A DNA stretch of 64,000 nucleotides, taken from the NCBI RefSeq assembly GCF_009914755.1, contig NC_060935.1; one strand, 5' to 3'. The notes beneath the pieces were generated by a model. It did not search any database. It saw only the letters and a list, made by a program, of their open reading frames with translations, and was not told the origin of the DNA. Both the position numbers and the translations under genes were made by a program. This DNA comes from the human T2T-CHM13v2.0 reference genome, Homo sapiens. The stretch's first letter is position 1; every line of letters starts with the position of its first letter. Below are positions 46,315-59,075 of this stretch, piece after piece.

Positions 46315-47584
46315 ACAAAAACAAGCAATGGGGAAAGGATTCCCTATTTAATAAATGGTGTTGGGAGAACTGGCTAGCCATATGCAGAAAACTGAAACGA
46401 CCCCTTCCTTACACCTTATACAAAAATTAACTCAGGATGGATTAAAGACTTAAACGTAAAACCATAAAAACCCTAGAAGAAAACCTAGGCAATACCATTT
46501 AGGACATAGGCATGGGCAAAGACTTCATGACTAAAACACCGAAAGCAATGGCAACAAAAGCCAAAATTGACAAATGGGATCTAATTAAACTAAAGAGCTT
46601 CTGCACAGCAAAAGAAACTATCATCAGCATGAATAGGCAACCTACAGAATGGGAGAAAATTTTTGCAATCTATCCATCTGACAAAGGGCTAATATCCAGA
46701 ATCTACAAAGAACTTAAACAAATTTACAAGAGAAAAACAAACAACCACATCAAAAAGTGGGTGAAGGATATTAAGAGACACTTCTCAAAAGAATACATTT
46801 ATGGAGGCAACAAACATGAAAAAAAAGTTCATCATCACGGGTCATTAGAGAAACGCAAATCAAAACAAGATTATTATTATACCACCTCACACCAGTCAGA
46901 ATGGCAATCATTAAAAAGTCGGGAAACAACAGATGCTGGAGAGGATGTGGAGAAATAGGAATGCTTTCCACTGTTGGTGGGAGTGCAAATTAGTTCAACC
47001 ATTGTGGAAGACAGTGTGGCGATTCCTCAAGGATCTAGAGCCAGAAATACCATTTGACCCAGTAATCCCATTACTGGGTATATACCCAAAGGATTATAAA
47101 TCATTCTCCTATAAAGCCACGTGCCCACGTATGTTTATTGTGGCACTATTCACAATAGCAAAGACTTGGAACCAACCAAAATGCCCATCAATGATAGACT
47201 GGATAAAGAACATGTGGCACATATACACCATGGAATACTATGCAGCCATAAAAAGGATGAGTTCATGTCCTTTGCAGGGACATGGATGCAGCCAGAAACC
47301 ATCATTCTCAGGAAACTAACACAGGAACAGAAAACCAAACACTGCATGTTCTCATTCATAAGTGGGAGTTGAGCAATGAGAACACATGGACACAGGGAGG
47401 GGAACATCACACACCAGGGCCTGTTGGGGAGTAGGGGGCTAGGGAAGGGATAGCATTAGGAGAAACCTCTAATGTAGGTGGCGGGTTGATGGGTGCAGCA
47501 AACCACCATGGCACGTGTATACCTATGTAACAAACCTGCACATTCTGCCCATGTATCCTAGAACTTAAAGTATAACTGAAAAAA
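46315..47584 (+). mobile_element. 5'-truncated L1PA7-like LINE-1 (about 1.27 kb; frameshifted ORF2 3' part plus 3' UTR)
   Basis: ORF2p-like translations; 3' UTR gggttgatgggtgcagcaaaccaccatggcacgtgtatacc; 19-bp TSD aaaaaaagaattttttttg at 46296-46314 and 47585-47603. Confidence 0.96.
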
Positions 47585-48133
47585 AAAAAAAGAATTTTTT
47601 TTGGCCAGAGCTTACATCTCCTGCATATACTCAATAGATTTAGCTACCATGATTCACAACTCAAACAGAGAAAATAAGATGCTCCACAGTTTCCTGAATA
47701 TATTAGGATCTTAATAAATATTAATCTATTGGCTGGACCTAATTCTTATAGTAGTGACTAAACTATTATTATCTGAGGTAGAGGGGAAATATAGTACTGA
47801 TTCAGAGCACAAATTATATGCCAGACTGTCTGAATTTCACACTGCTATGGGACATGGGACCAGTGATTTTCAACAACAGTGTGACAGAATTGCCTACAGA
47901 AATGAAGATAAAATTGGTAGGTTTTTTTTTGGCTGTTAAAAAAGTTAATATGTCATGAAAAACTATACATTATCTTCCCTTATCCATTCTCTACTTCACC
48001 CTTTCAGTATTTCCCAAGCAAGGCCATTCTGTGGCTCAAATCCAGGGGTCATCCTTCACATTATATCCTACAGGAATGGAAGTCCCAGGAATCACACAAT
48101 GTAGTGGTCCTATCCCTTACAGTTTTGGGGGCG

Positions 48134-48250
48134 GGGGATGGGATCTTGCTATGTTGCCCAAGCTGGACTCAAATTCCTGGGCTCAAGAGATCCTCCCATC
48201 TTAATCTACTGAGTAGCTGAGACAACAGGCGCATGCCACAGTGCTCGGCT
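48134..48250 (-). mobile_element. FLAM/FAM-type Alu monomer
   Basis: gatcttgctatgttgcccaagctggactcaaattcctgggctcaagagatcctccc...aggcgcatgccac. Confidence 0.85.
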
Positions 48251-48399
48251 CTGTCCTTGGCATTTTAATAGAGACCATGGGTACTCAGCAGACACTTGAT
48301 TCTCCTTTCTTCACCGCAGGGAAGGCCATTCATGCGGCTAAATTCTGGATGACAGAATGTGAGCATAACTGATGGATACTTCTTGGAGGTGACATTCTT

Positions 48400-48680
48400 T
48401 AAACGAAGCTGCTCATCCTATAGTCTGATATGTGGGCATGGTTTGGAGAGCCAACATTACCCAGATGAAGATCAAATCAGACAGAATGAGGGATGACAAC
48501 ATAGAAGGAGCCTGGGTTTCTGGAGGATTTTACATAGAAGTTTATCCTTCCGCGCCCAGTCCTCCTAAGAAAGCATGGCTGAGTGGTCTAAGGCACTGGA
48601 TTGAGAAATAAATTCTAGATCTTGATTGATCCATTATACTTTGGATCTGTATATTGTAATTGCTTGGTCTGTGTCCTATT
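48400..48680 (+). mobile_element. Old MLT1 LTR fragment
   Basis: atagaaggagcctgggtttctg...gagaaataaattcta...ccattatactttgg. Confidence 0.55.
48572..48602 (+). pseudogene. tRNA-Leu (AAG/TAG family) 5'-half pseudogene fragment
   Basis: agcatggctgagtggtctaaggcactggatt versus remembered tRNA-Leu AGCGTGGCCGAGCGGTCTAAGGCGCTGGATT: 27/31 identical, all 4 differences are CpG transitions. Confidence 0.85.
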
Positions 48681-50611
48681 TAATAACTATGTATAAAGAA
48701 CTAGAACTGTGCTTGGCACATAGTAAGTGCTCACTAATTGTTACCTACTAAATCCATAAGTGCCAGAGCCAGTATTTGAAAACAGAGAGCACTGTGTGTC
48801 TCCAAAGCCCACGTTCTTTCCTTTCCAGGAAGAAACGCTACCTCCAGTGCACACAAACAAAAAAGCAGTTATTTGCTAGAAGCACTTTGGTTGCCAACAC
48901 TTTAAAATTTCTTATAGTTGCTGGGTTAAAAAAAATTTTCCAATTTTCAAAACCATTCTCAATTCTAAATCATAATTTAAAAATATATTACGTTTGAAGT
49001 TTACTTGGCAAATAAATTCTTCGACACCTATACTTCTGACTCACTCTAGTCACCCCAAAAAACACAGCACAGTGAGAAAAAGAAGAGCTGAAAAAGAGCT
49101 ACCTGCATATTCATAAGCTGAATTCTCTGTCTGTTAGATAAAAAGGACTTGCATCCTCTGAACCATAATTTTTTTCTGTGCCGATGAATATAACTAGGCT
49201 GTCTTTGAAAAGCCAAGTCTTCAACCTGGTTTGAAGAGTAATTCCTATTCTATCATTCTTTATCTTCTCTCAGTACTTACCCTGGGAAAAACTGCCAAGA
49301 AGAGAAATTTTGTCCTTGGGATAAATTGTGCTTGATATTTCAGAGCCTGTTCTCATTCTGAATTCAGTACTGGAGAAGAATGGGGGCCCCTCCCACATCT
49401 TCTTCCAGACATCCAGATGCTCCAGTCTGCCCATCTCTTTCAAATTTCAGAGACTTGTAACATACACAGATCATCCATTTCTACATACATGGCAAGAACT
49501 ATTAGGCTACTTCAGGAAAACAGAGAAATACACTGTCCAGTATTGCTTTACAATATTGAACTAAACGGCTAAAGGTCAAGGTCTCTCATATTTAAAAAAG
49601 CAGTCCAAGTGTTTTTTGTTCTACTGGGAAATCTGTTGTTTTGAAGGCAACAGAGATTTGAATAAAGCCTTCCCTTCTCCTCACCCCCGCTCCCACTTTT
49701 AGCCAAATTAATTTTCCCTCCTTCCATTTTCCCATAGCACCTTGTAAAAAATTCTATCAACATTTCTTTCATTGTACTGTAAATATCTGTGCCCATGTTT
49801 TTTCCCTGAGTAGGCTCAGTGGGTCTGTCTTTCATTATCTTCTTGGGATGACTGATCTCATTACTTTGTCCTTTTGCTTTGCCTTGTGCATTTATGTGCG
49901 GACTTTCCCGTGTCATTTTATTATTGCAGCTGTTGAAGTAACTTAAATGGGCTCTAAGAATATACATACTGTTAGAAAACTTACTTTTCAAAGTAAACAT
50001 CACAGTTTCAGACATTTTTAAAAAGGCTTCAATTTTGCCCTGCTTTCTAAATCCTCCATAGTCTAAATATTCCATTATCTCTTTTGCAACCCCAAAGTGT
50101 CTCAAATTAAACACCACACTTCAACCAAAGTCACAACCAATGAGGAAGATTGGATTGTTCTCTTTTCTGGAGGATAGACACAGCAGGACTTGAATATTTC
50201 AGCAAAACTTAACTCCTAACAGCACTAATGGTGCCATTTGGCACTAATGCATTGTCAGGAATTAAAATCTGAACAGTAGAGTTGTAAGCAAGGAAAAAAA
50301 TATCAATAAAATTCAGCTCAGGCAGACAAGTATGTGGTCCGTATTTGATGGAGGGATTATATGCATACATAAATAAATCATTAAAATCCACTCACTAGGA
50401 GTCTGCTCAATTCACGGTGATTTGAGTTGCTGCGGGGGCAATGGCAAATCTAAACATAATTTGTTTGTTTGCAAGACGAGAAGGAAGAATTTGACAGATT
50501 TTAAACAGATATAGACAGTCCATTTTTACATTTGTAGAATGGTTAATATAGTATTCAAGTAAAAACGTGCAGCACATTTTCCAATGTGACTTTGTTTTAA
50601 AAAGAAGAGGA

Positions 50612-50925
<314 letters not shown>

Positions 50926-50934
50926 AGAAGGCGG

Positions 50935-51083
50935 CGGCGAATGTGGTGGCTTATGTCTTTAATCCAGCACTTTGGGAGTCCAAGACAGGGAGGTCGAGGC
51001 TGCAGTGAGTCTTGATTGTGCCACTGCACTTCAGCCTGGATGACAGAGTGAGACCCTGTCTCAACAACGACAACACAAAAAAA
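50935..51083 (+). mobile_element. Internally deleted AluJ (left-arm head fused to right-arm tail)
   Basis: gtggtggcttatgtctttaatccagcactttgggagtccaagacagg joined to gaggtcgaggctgcagtgag...gagaccctgtctc. Confidence 0.85.
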
Positions 51084-51194
51084 GGAATAAACTGCTACAG
51101 TCAAGTCTTATTCCAACACTTCCCAAGTTACCATCTAAATAAATAATCAAATAAATCATAGCCTTTGGGAAGGCTATTATGTATTATACTGAAG

Positions 51195-51237
51195 TATTAT
51201 GTATTACTTAAAGCACTGCTTTAAGTAATACATAATA
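51195..51237. repeat. Perfect inverted repeat, 21-bp arms with a 1-nt spacer
   Basis: tattatgtattacttaaagca C tgctttaagtaatacataata. Confidence 0.97.
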
Positions 51238-51523
51238 TGACTGCAAAAAGAAGGCACAGACATTTGTTGAATCTTCGGCATGGGTATCTTAGGAAATCCT
51301 GACAACTCTCTAAGGCTGGTTTTATTAACTCCATTCAAAGGTAAGAAAACTGATGAAGGAAGAATTCATAGCTTGCCCAATGGAGTATAGTCAGTCAATA
51401 ATAGAGACAGTACTCAGACTGATATTGCTTTGTCTCTAATATTCATGTTCGTTTCATTGCCTCACACTGGTTGACATAAAATTCACTTCCAGAAGTTTGG
51501 ATTTCGGTGTATGTTTGTTCTAA

Positions 51524-51569
51524 ACACACACCACACCCACCCACCCACCCACCCACCCACACACACACA
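51524..51569. repeat. (CA)n-(CCCA)6-(CA)n microsatellite
   Basis: Read directly; (CCCA)6 at 51536-51559. Confidence 0.95.
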
Positions 51570-51908
51570 GTCTTTACTTCTCTTTGTCAAGGTCCAATTT
51601 AAAATTTAGCTAGCTTCATCCTAAACCTTCCCTTTTTTGCTCTTCAATGGCATGTGCTGCTTCGATCATACAATTCTCCTCTTGAGGATAAGGGTGGAGA
51701 ACTGGTTCTCTCTTATCACTAGTTTTGTGTCCTCAGATAGAATAAAATAATTTTTAACCGAAGAAATATTTCAAACTTCATTTACATCCTCAATGGCATG
51801 CATGATCTTGGCTCTGAATAAGTGTTTAGTAAAAAATATGTTAACTTACTAAGTTGTAACTGAATTACTGTATGATATTAGTGAGTGGTAATTCATTTCA
51901 CACATTGA

Positions 51909-52246
<338 letters not shown>

Positions 52247-53319
52247 CTGTATGAAGTATGTTTTAAAGTGAGGTACTTAATGGGGCATTCTGGGAGCCTC
52301 TTTGTGTATAAAACTAATAATCATACTTTGGTATGTTCAAGTCTGAATTTTCAAATACTTGGTTTGCTTCAAATGGGAGTGGGCCTGTAAGCTGAAAAGA
52401 AGACTGGGAAATACAGAATGAAGTTTAATGAAAATAATGTTAGGCTTGTATCCTAAAAAGTGTGATAGACTCACTGTTATCTACAGGAACATATTTAACT
52501 TCCTGCAATTACTGACTTTCTGCTTCATAAACTCCCTACTTCGAACCCTTCATTGCTCTCCTTGTGCCTCTTTTTTCTGGAGATGAAATTACATAGGAAC
52601 AGCAAGTCAATGGGTGGAAGGAAAAATCAATCTTTTCTGAGAATGGCGTACAGCTCCCGAGTTAGGTAAAGACCCTGTATCCTTGTTATATCACCACTTT
52701 TTCATATAGTACAGGGAAGAGCAAGAATAACTTTCAGAAGTGTGGTGGAGTTGTTCTCTTAAGCCTTATCCTACCAGATGGTGAGGTCCTTGAAATACAA
52801 AATGTGCTTTCTAGTTGGTTGTTGACTTGTCAAAGCAACTAGTACTTGCCTTTTTTAATATGAGAAACTACTACCATTAAATATTGCAGCTAAAGACACT
52901 TCAAAGTGAGATACAAGAGGGTCCTAAGATCAGACTTCATCACAGAACTTCAAGAAGACTTGAAAAAACCATGATGCTTCCTAAATTGAAAACAAAATCT
53001 CTTGGGACTTTGAATTTATATTAGGAAAATATTGCACATGGTTTTATATAGAACTTTATACTTTTATTACTTTATAGAGATCCTTAAAATTCATCATGAA
53101 TTTATATTACTGTCAATGGTACTGTATATTTAAAAGAAGAGAAGATGGAGAGATATTAAAGACATAAATAAGCAATTGTTTTAGGAAAACCCCATAATTT
53201 TCAGAGACTGGATTAGAATTTGTATAACATCAAACCGTAGCACTGGTAAAAAAAAAATCAGCAAAAAAAATAAAAGATTAAAAATATGGCTTTTAACACA
53301 TGACATTTTGGGAACCATC

Positions 53320-53492
53320 TGGAGATTCTGTTTAGCATGTACTTCAGCATCACTTGTGGAGCTTTTGAAAACATGCTTATTCTATTCTGGCTACATCCCT
53401 GGAGTCTGAAAATGCAGGTTGGGCACCCATACTGATAATTTTAAACTTCCTCAGGAGATCCTATGCATAGCCAGGACTGAGAACCGCCAGTC
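53320..53492. mobile_element. MER5-type DNA transposon relic
   Basis: cagcatcacttgtggagcttttgaaaacatgc...ggagatcctatgcatagccaggactgagaaccgcc. Confidence 0.7.
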
Positions 53493-53889
53493 TAGAGACT
53501 CTAGGTAGAATCACTTAAGTAGCTTACTTTACCAAGCCTATTGTTTTCGCCCTGTTTAAGGCCGTTTTGAATTCAGTACTTTTTGGCTTTTACTTTCTGC
53601 AGGAAGAAGCCAATATTGGTACTTAAAGCCTCTGTGTTTTAGATAGAACCTTAGCTTACAGGCCTCAAGTAGGATTATTTTGAATGTATTTAAAATCTAC
53701 AGCTGATGTTGCTATTTTAGAGCATTTTCAGTCTCAACCCAGCTGTACTCCTCATGCTACAAACGTGATATTTCTCATAATGAGAAGCAACAGCAATGGT
53801 GCCAAGCAATCAAGTCAACATAAAATCTCTATTTAGCTTAAACAGTGTTCCACTACAAAGAACATATTGAAAGTAAATATCATGAAGAC

Positions 53890-54155
53890 TAATAATTGTT
53901 AACATTTATTGAGTTCTTACTATGTGTCAATCAAGTACCTAACACTAATTTTAATTTAATGATATCAGAATGAAGTGGGTATTATTATTGTCCCCACTTA
54001 GAGTAACCATTATTTCTATTTACTATTATCCCATTTATGATGAGGAAAGCAATATTTAGGAAATTTAAATCCTAAAGGGAGTCCTGGTGATAGCACCTAA
54101 CCATGACTAGGATCAAAGTCTATCTCATTTCATACTTGCTCTTAATACTCCACTA
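53890..54155 (-). mobile_element. MIR relic
   Basis: taacatttattgagttcttactatgtgtca...gggtattattattgtcccca. Confidence 0.7.
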
Positions 54156-54783
54156 TGTCACTCCAAACTGACAGTCACCACTCCCCTACAATGACACAAA
54201 ATTAAACTAATAAGATTCCACTTTTTCTTTCTTCTCAGTTTAACCTGAGTTCTGTTTCACTATTATATTACACAGTAAATAATAATATACAAATAACGGG
54301 GTAGCAATATATAGTCTGATTTTGTGTACTTCAAGGGATATACATTTTTTATCCCTATCCCTTTCCAAGAGTAAAAATCCCTTAATAGCACATTGGTAAC
54401 TCAAATTAGGGGCGGGGGCGGGCATGAACAATCCTAATATTTGAGACAGATCCTAAAACATCTGGCTAATAAGTCTTTTCCTTTTGGAACTTGGGATTCC
54501 TTTTTAGAATCTATTTCTATTGGAATAAATGCAGGATAGAAGGAAGTTAGATTACCTGAAACATATAAAACCATCCCACATGTGGGGTTTCTAAGGTTAC
54601 AGCTAAGGCTTCTCCTGAAATAGCAACACTTCTAGGGAACCCCTACGCCTCCCATACTGGGGGACTGCCAAGCTGATAGTTCATGCTTGCTGGTGGAGAT
54701 AAGGGGAGAATGTATTCCTTATTTCTTATGTTAATGGTAGCCACAGCTCCCCTGTCCAGTTAAGGGAAACACTGCACTGCCAC

Positions 54784-55175
54784 TGTACTTGTTTACTAGT
54801 GTTGCCGTAACAAAATATCACCATCTGAGTGGCTTAAACAATAGAAATTCATTTTCTCACAGTTTCAGAGACTAGAAGTCCAAGATTAAGGTGTCGGCAG
54901 GTTTGTTTTCTTTGGTGGCCTCTCTCCTTAGCTTGAAAATGTCCACATTCTCACTGTATTCTCAGTCTTTCCTTTCTGCTTGCACATCTGGGTCCAGATT
55001 TCCTCTTCTTAAAAGGACACCAGTCATTTTGCATTAGGGCCCACTCTATAAAGACCTCATTTTAACTTAATTACTTCTTCAAAGATGTTATCTGTAAATA
55101 TGCTCAGGTTTGGAAGCATTGGGTGATCAGGACCTCAACCTATGAATTTTGAGGGACAAAATTCTGCCCATAACA
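54784..55175 (-). mobile_element. MLT1A/B (MaLR) solo LTR
   Basis: gccgtaacaaaatatcaccatctgagtggcttaaacaatagaaatt...gaagtccaagattaaggtgtcggcagg...attctgcccataaca; TG...CA termini, about 390 bp. Confidence 0.92.
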
Positions 55176-58100
55176 CTCTCTTCTTCTTTCTTTGAACAGA
55201 AAATTATCCTCTTCTATTTTATTCACAGAACCTCTATTCTTTCAACCAATCTAAGAACCCAAATCCTCCTTACAATGAGGTAGAGGTGAAGAGATGAACA
55301 GGGGGATTACTGACTTCTATTTTCACACAGTTGCTCCTTGCACAGTTCATTGAAAGCTGGCAATTCACTAAACAAAAACTTCTGCTACCACAGCATCTAT
55401 AGCTGCAACTAATTCGATCATTGACTGTTTTTAGGCAGAATGACATTGAGAGTTATCATATGTATCGGGTGATTTTGATCACACTAGTGTACATAAACAA
55501 TTTGGGGAGCTCAATTTAATGCTTTTTCTATTATTCCTTCCTGAGTAAGGTGGCTAGTGGGGAAAAGCTGAGCATACTGACATTTGAGCACCTACTAAAG
55601 CAGGGTGTTGCCACAAAAGTTGCAAACCTTCAATTTGAGCAGCCTTTTAAACATCCTAAGAGATATTCATACACGAAAGGATAGGATGTACTTCATCCCA
55701 AAATAATTTGCATCAACATTGCTACCCCCAATTACCCAGATATATTTATTACCTAAGAAAATGTAACTGGTCTCCTATTCCAAAACCAGTTCCCAATACC
55801 CCTTCCCTTCCAGCAGACTATAAGCCCTCAGCCCCTCCTAAATGAAAAGTCTACAGTTTCTTCTGCTTTGCCATGTTTCCATCCTTTCAACAACACTGAA
55901 TAGGAGAGAGACAGCAGAGCAGCTGCATTTCCAAATTAGGAAAGAGAGTGTTGGAAGAGTTAAACGAATTTCGCTAAACCACAGAACACAAAGGTGGAGA
56001 ATGAAAGGTAAAGTTCTTCCCTTCTAACTTACTACCTTTAAAACTCTATGTAGAAGGGAGGATTTCAAAACTAGCATAAACTGATAGTGGTTAGCATACC
56101 ACATAGCAGACATTTAATAACTTGTGCTGAACTGAACTATGTCAAATGTGCTCAGTTATTGGCTCTGGCTGAAACAGCTTCGATGAATGTAGGCTTTGGC
56201 ATTTCTCTGCCTCCTGAAGCCACTAAGGCAGTATTTCTGCTCACTCCTGAACCTTTCACTGGGGTATAACACACTCATTCTTCACTTCCATCAGCTCCGA
56301 ATGTAGACCCCTGTCTACCGATGTGGGTGAAGGCACATGAATGTCTGTCAGGGAAGAACTCTTGTGTGGCTCACATGACATCAATGGATTCATTTCATAT
56401 CTGCCTCCTAGACCCAGGGAGACACATAGTAACATTTTATTCTATCATGTCCTATGATTTTCACAAATTGAATTGAACCAGAGTGAGCAGGCCACTTGTG
56501 GTATCTCCCACTCATTCAGTTATTAATATAATTCCAGTCATACTACCATTTGGTCTATGTTCCTTTTGGTTCTATCTGAAAGTCAGTGCTATAAAATACC
56601 ATGAAAAACCTTGGTATGATACATCAATCCATATCTGCACATTACATTGAACATTCTCCAAATTGAACAGAAATGAAATACGGATGTATTCAGAAGTTCC
56701 AGAAAGCTGAGAGGTTTTCATTGAGTAGAAATTGCATAAGAAAACGGAAACTGTGATAGGAAAATATTTTGAAATTTCCATAAGAAAATAGCTATTTGGT
56801 GGATATTTTATTGTTAACATTTTTCTCCATTGGCCTTAAGAAAAACAAATACAAAGGTCATTCGCTAACTGTGGAATACTATGAATCCAATTATGTAGAC
56901 TCAAGCAATTAGGTAAAATGAATATCTGAAAACATAATGGGCCCAAACCTTCCTTGATTGCCCATGTCTGACTTCCTGATTCAAAAGTTTAAGCCTACAT
57001 AAAATAGATAATAAGGCAGCTATGAGTTCTGGCATTGTGGATACTCCATATAAATTTATTCTAAGAATCATCTATTCTTTAACCAAGATCCATTGGAGAG
57101 ATTCTTGAAAAATTACATGCATGAAGGAGAGGAGGGAGGGTAAATTTCCGGCAACTTTTTGTTAGTTTGTTTTTTTCACTTTATTTTACATTTTTAAAGA
57201 TGTGTAAGACCCCAAGTGAAAGAAAAATTGCCGCAAAGTCTGTTCCACTCCTAGCACATTAAAAAATGCAATAAAGTAGTTGCTAGTGCGAAATGATAAT
57301 TTCAATGAAACATCTTCTTTTGGTGCAAAGTTTCAACCAAAAATCACGTTGGAGGAAAGCATGTCTTATTATAAAAGCATTAGTTAAATTATTCAGACTA
57401 TGTGAACAGAGTGTAAACCTATGATTCATTCTTTTTTTTTTTGTCCCTGCAAAATGGTAACTTGATTGAAACTAATTAGTTCTTTTAGTTATACTAATTC
57501 AACCACATTTTAAAGCCATGTGTCAATATGATTAAGACTCAAAATAGTGACTTAAGACGCTAATTTATATGATGAGTTTAATGGCACTGTTAGATACAAT
57601 AATTTAAAACACTGTGATAATGAGTTTTGCAAAATAAAAGTTTACTAAAATTCAAATTGTAGTATTATCAGATAAATTAAGTCTTGCTTTAAATACACTT
57701 TAAGCTTTAAATGTTCACTATTTCATTTATTTTCTTTCAATATTGATTTAATACGCAGTATGTATCAAAGAGATACACAAAGAGGAAGTCTGGTTCCCTG
57801 AATAGACAAAGCTTAGAGTTATGGGGGAAGATAGAGAACAAACATATAATTAGTAGGTAATGTGGTAAGTGTTATGGAAGGGGTATGAGTGAAGCACTGG
57901 GGGACAATGACAAAGGCAACTAGTAATGCTGCAGTGGGAAGATAAGGTCAGTTTATCCTAATGATCAGTGCATATAATTCAATAAGTAGAACAAATACAC
58001 TACCTTAAGGCAATGCTGCTTAATTCAGGACTCTTAACAGGGACACAAAATACAGAAGGTATAGAAATTCAGACAACATATATTTCATCCAACATTTTTC

Positions 58101-59010
58101 TCTTAATCCAATTACTTTTGACAAGTTACTGACCTGCTTGGATGGGTTCCAAGAAAAGGCCTCTTTACGATGGATGTTACTCTATTACAAACCATGTTCC
58201 AGTCTATTTTATCATAAAACATATTTTCTCTGCTAGATACTACTTTCAGGGTTTGAAAGAAGCCATAAATCTTTACATAAATGGAGAAAAATGTTCAAAA
58301 AATTGTAAACACAGTTCTGTGACAAATGGCCAACATACCTGTTGCTTACTTGTAGTTATTATATGCTAAGGCAAAGAAGAATGAAACAAGATATGATTAT
58401 TGGAAACAGAAATGAAAATAGATATGACTTTTGCTGAACACTAGTTGATTGTTCTGATGTGGGTGTGGATGCTGTTATGGCTACCTACCTACATTCTTTC
58501 TGGTAGAAACAAGGTGAGGATTTCAACCAAGAGTTTAGTCTATTTTCCCCACGAGGTAGGGGGCAGGTGGGCAGTGGCTATAGGGCATTTGACATTAAAA
58601 ACCTATCACTTTAATCTTGGTAGGCATCCTGAGAGCATTCTCCAGGTGCATCAAAAGTAGAACTGGAGCTGTGGCCAGTAAGCTGGGGCAGAAAAAGAAC
58701 AAGAAATGATTATTTCTGTGGTCACAAAGAATGGCATTCCTATCTGATACAGCTTTGGTCACTTGGCTGCTCCCCAAAAGCATGAATACTTCTGAGAAAT
58801 AGCAAGATAGAAATCTAGTGTGGGAAGTCAAAGGAGATTCCGGAGGGGAGGGAAAGATTCCCGTCAAGCCTCTGGCCACATCCAGGGCTTCCCTTTCAGT
58901 GTGTTAATATAAACATCAAACCAAGTGCTGAATCAATGAATTCACCTACTTAATTTTGTAGTTAATTAGTGGAAGCTAGTATGAAATTAAGTGCTTACCC
59001 TGCGGAATAG

Positions 59011-59013
59011 ACA

Positions 59014-59071
<58 letters not shown>
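59011..59071. repeat. (CA)n microsatellite, about 30 units with one interruption
   Basis: Read directly. Confidence 0.98.

Positions 59072-59075
<4 letters not shown>

Noticed and set aside
49569-50117. 182-aa minus-strand ORF, the longest non-L1 ORF
   Set aside because: Non-ATG start, no recognisable domain, and part of it overlaps L2-like sequence; most likely a chance open frame.
54548-54572. Second minus-strand AG|GT site (atatgtttcag|gtaatc); a similar one lies at about 59265
   Set aside because: Weaker pyrimidine tract and donor than the 45.84 kb site; expected by chance.
58548-58570. CTCF-like agggggcag core
   Set aside because: The 5' half does not match the CCASY consensus.
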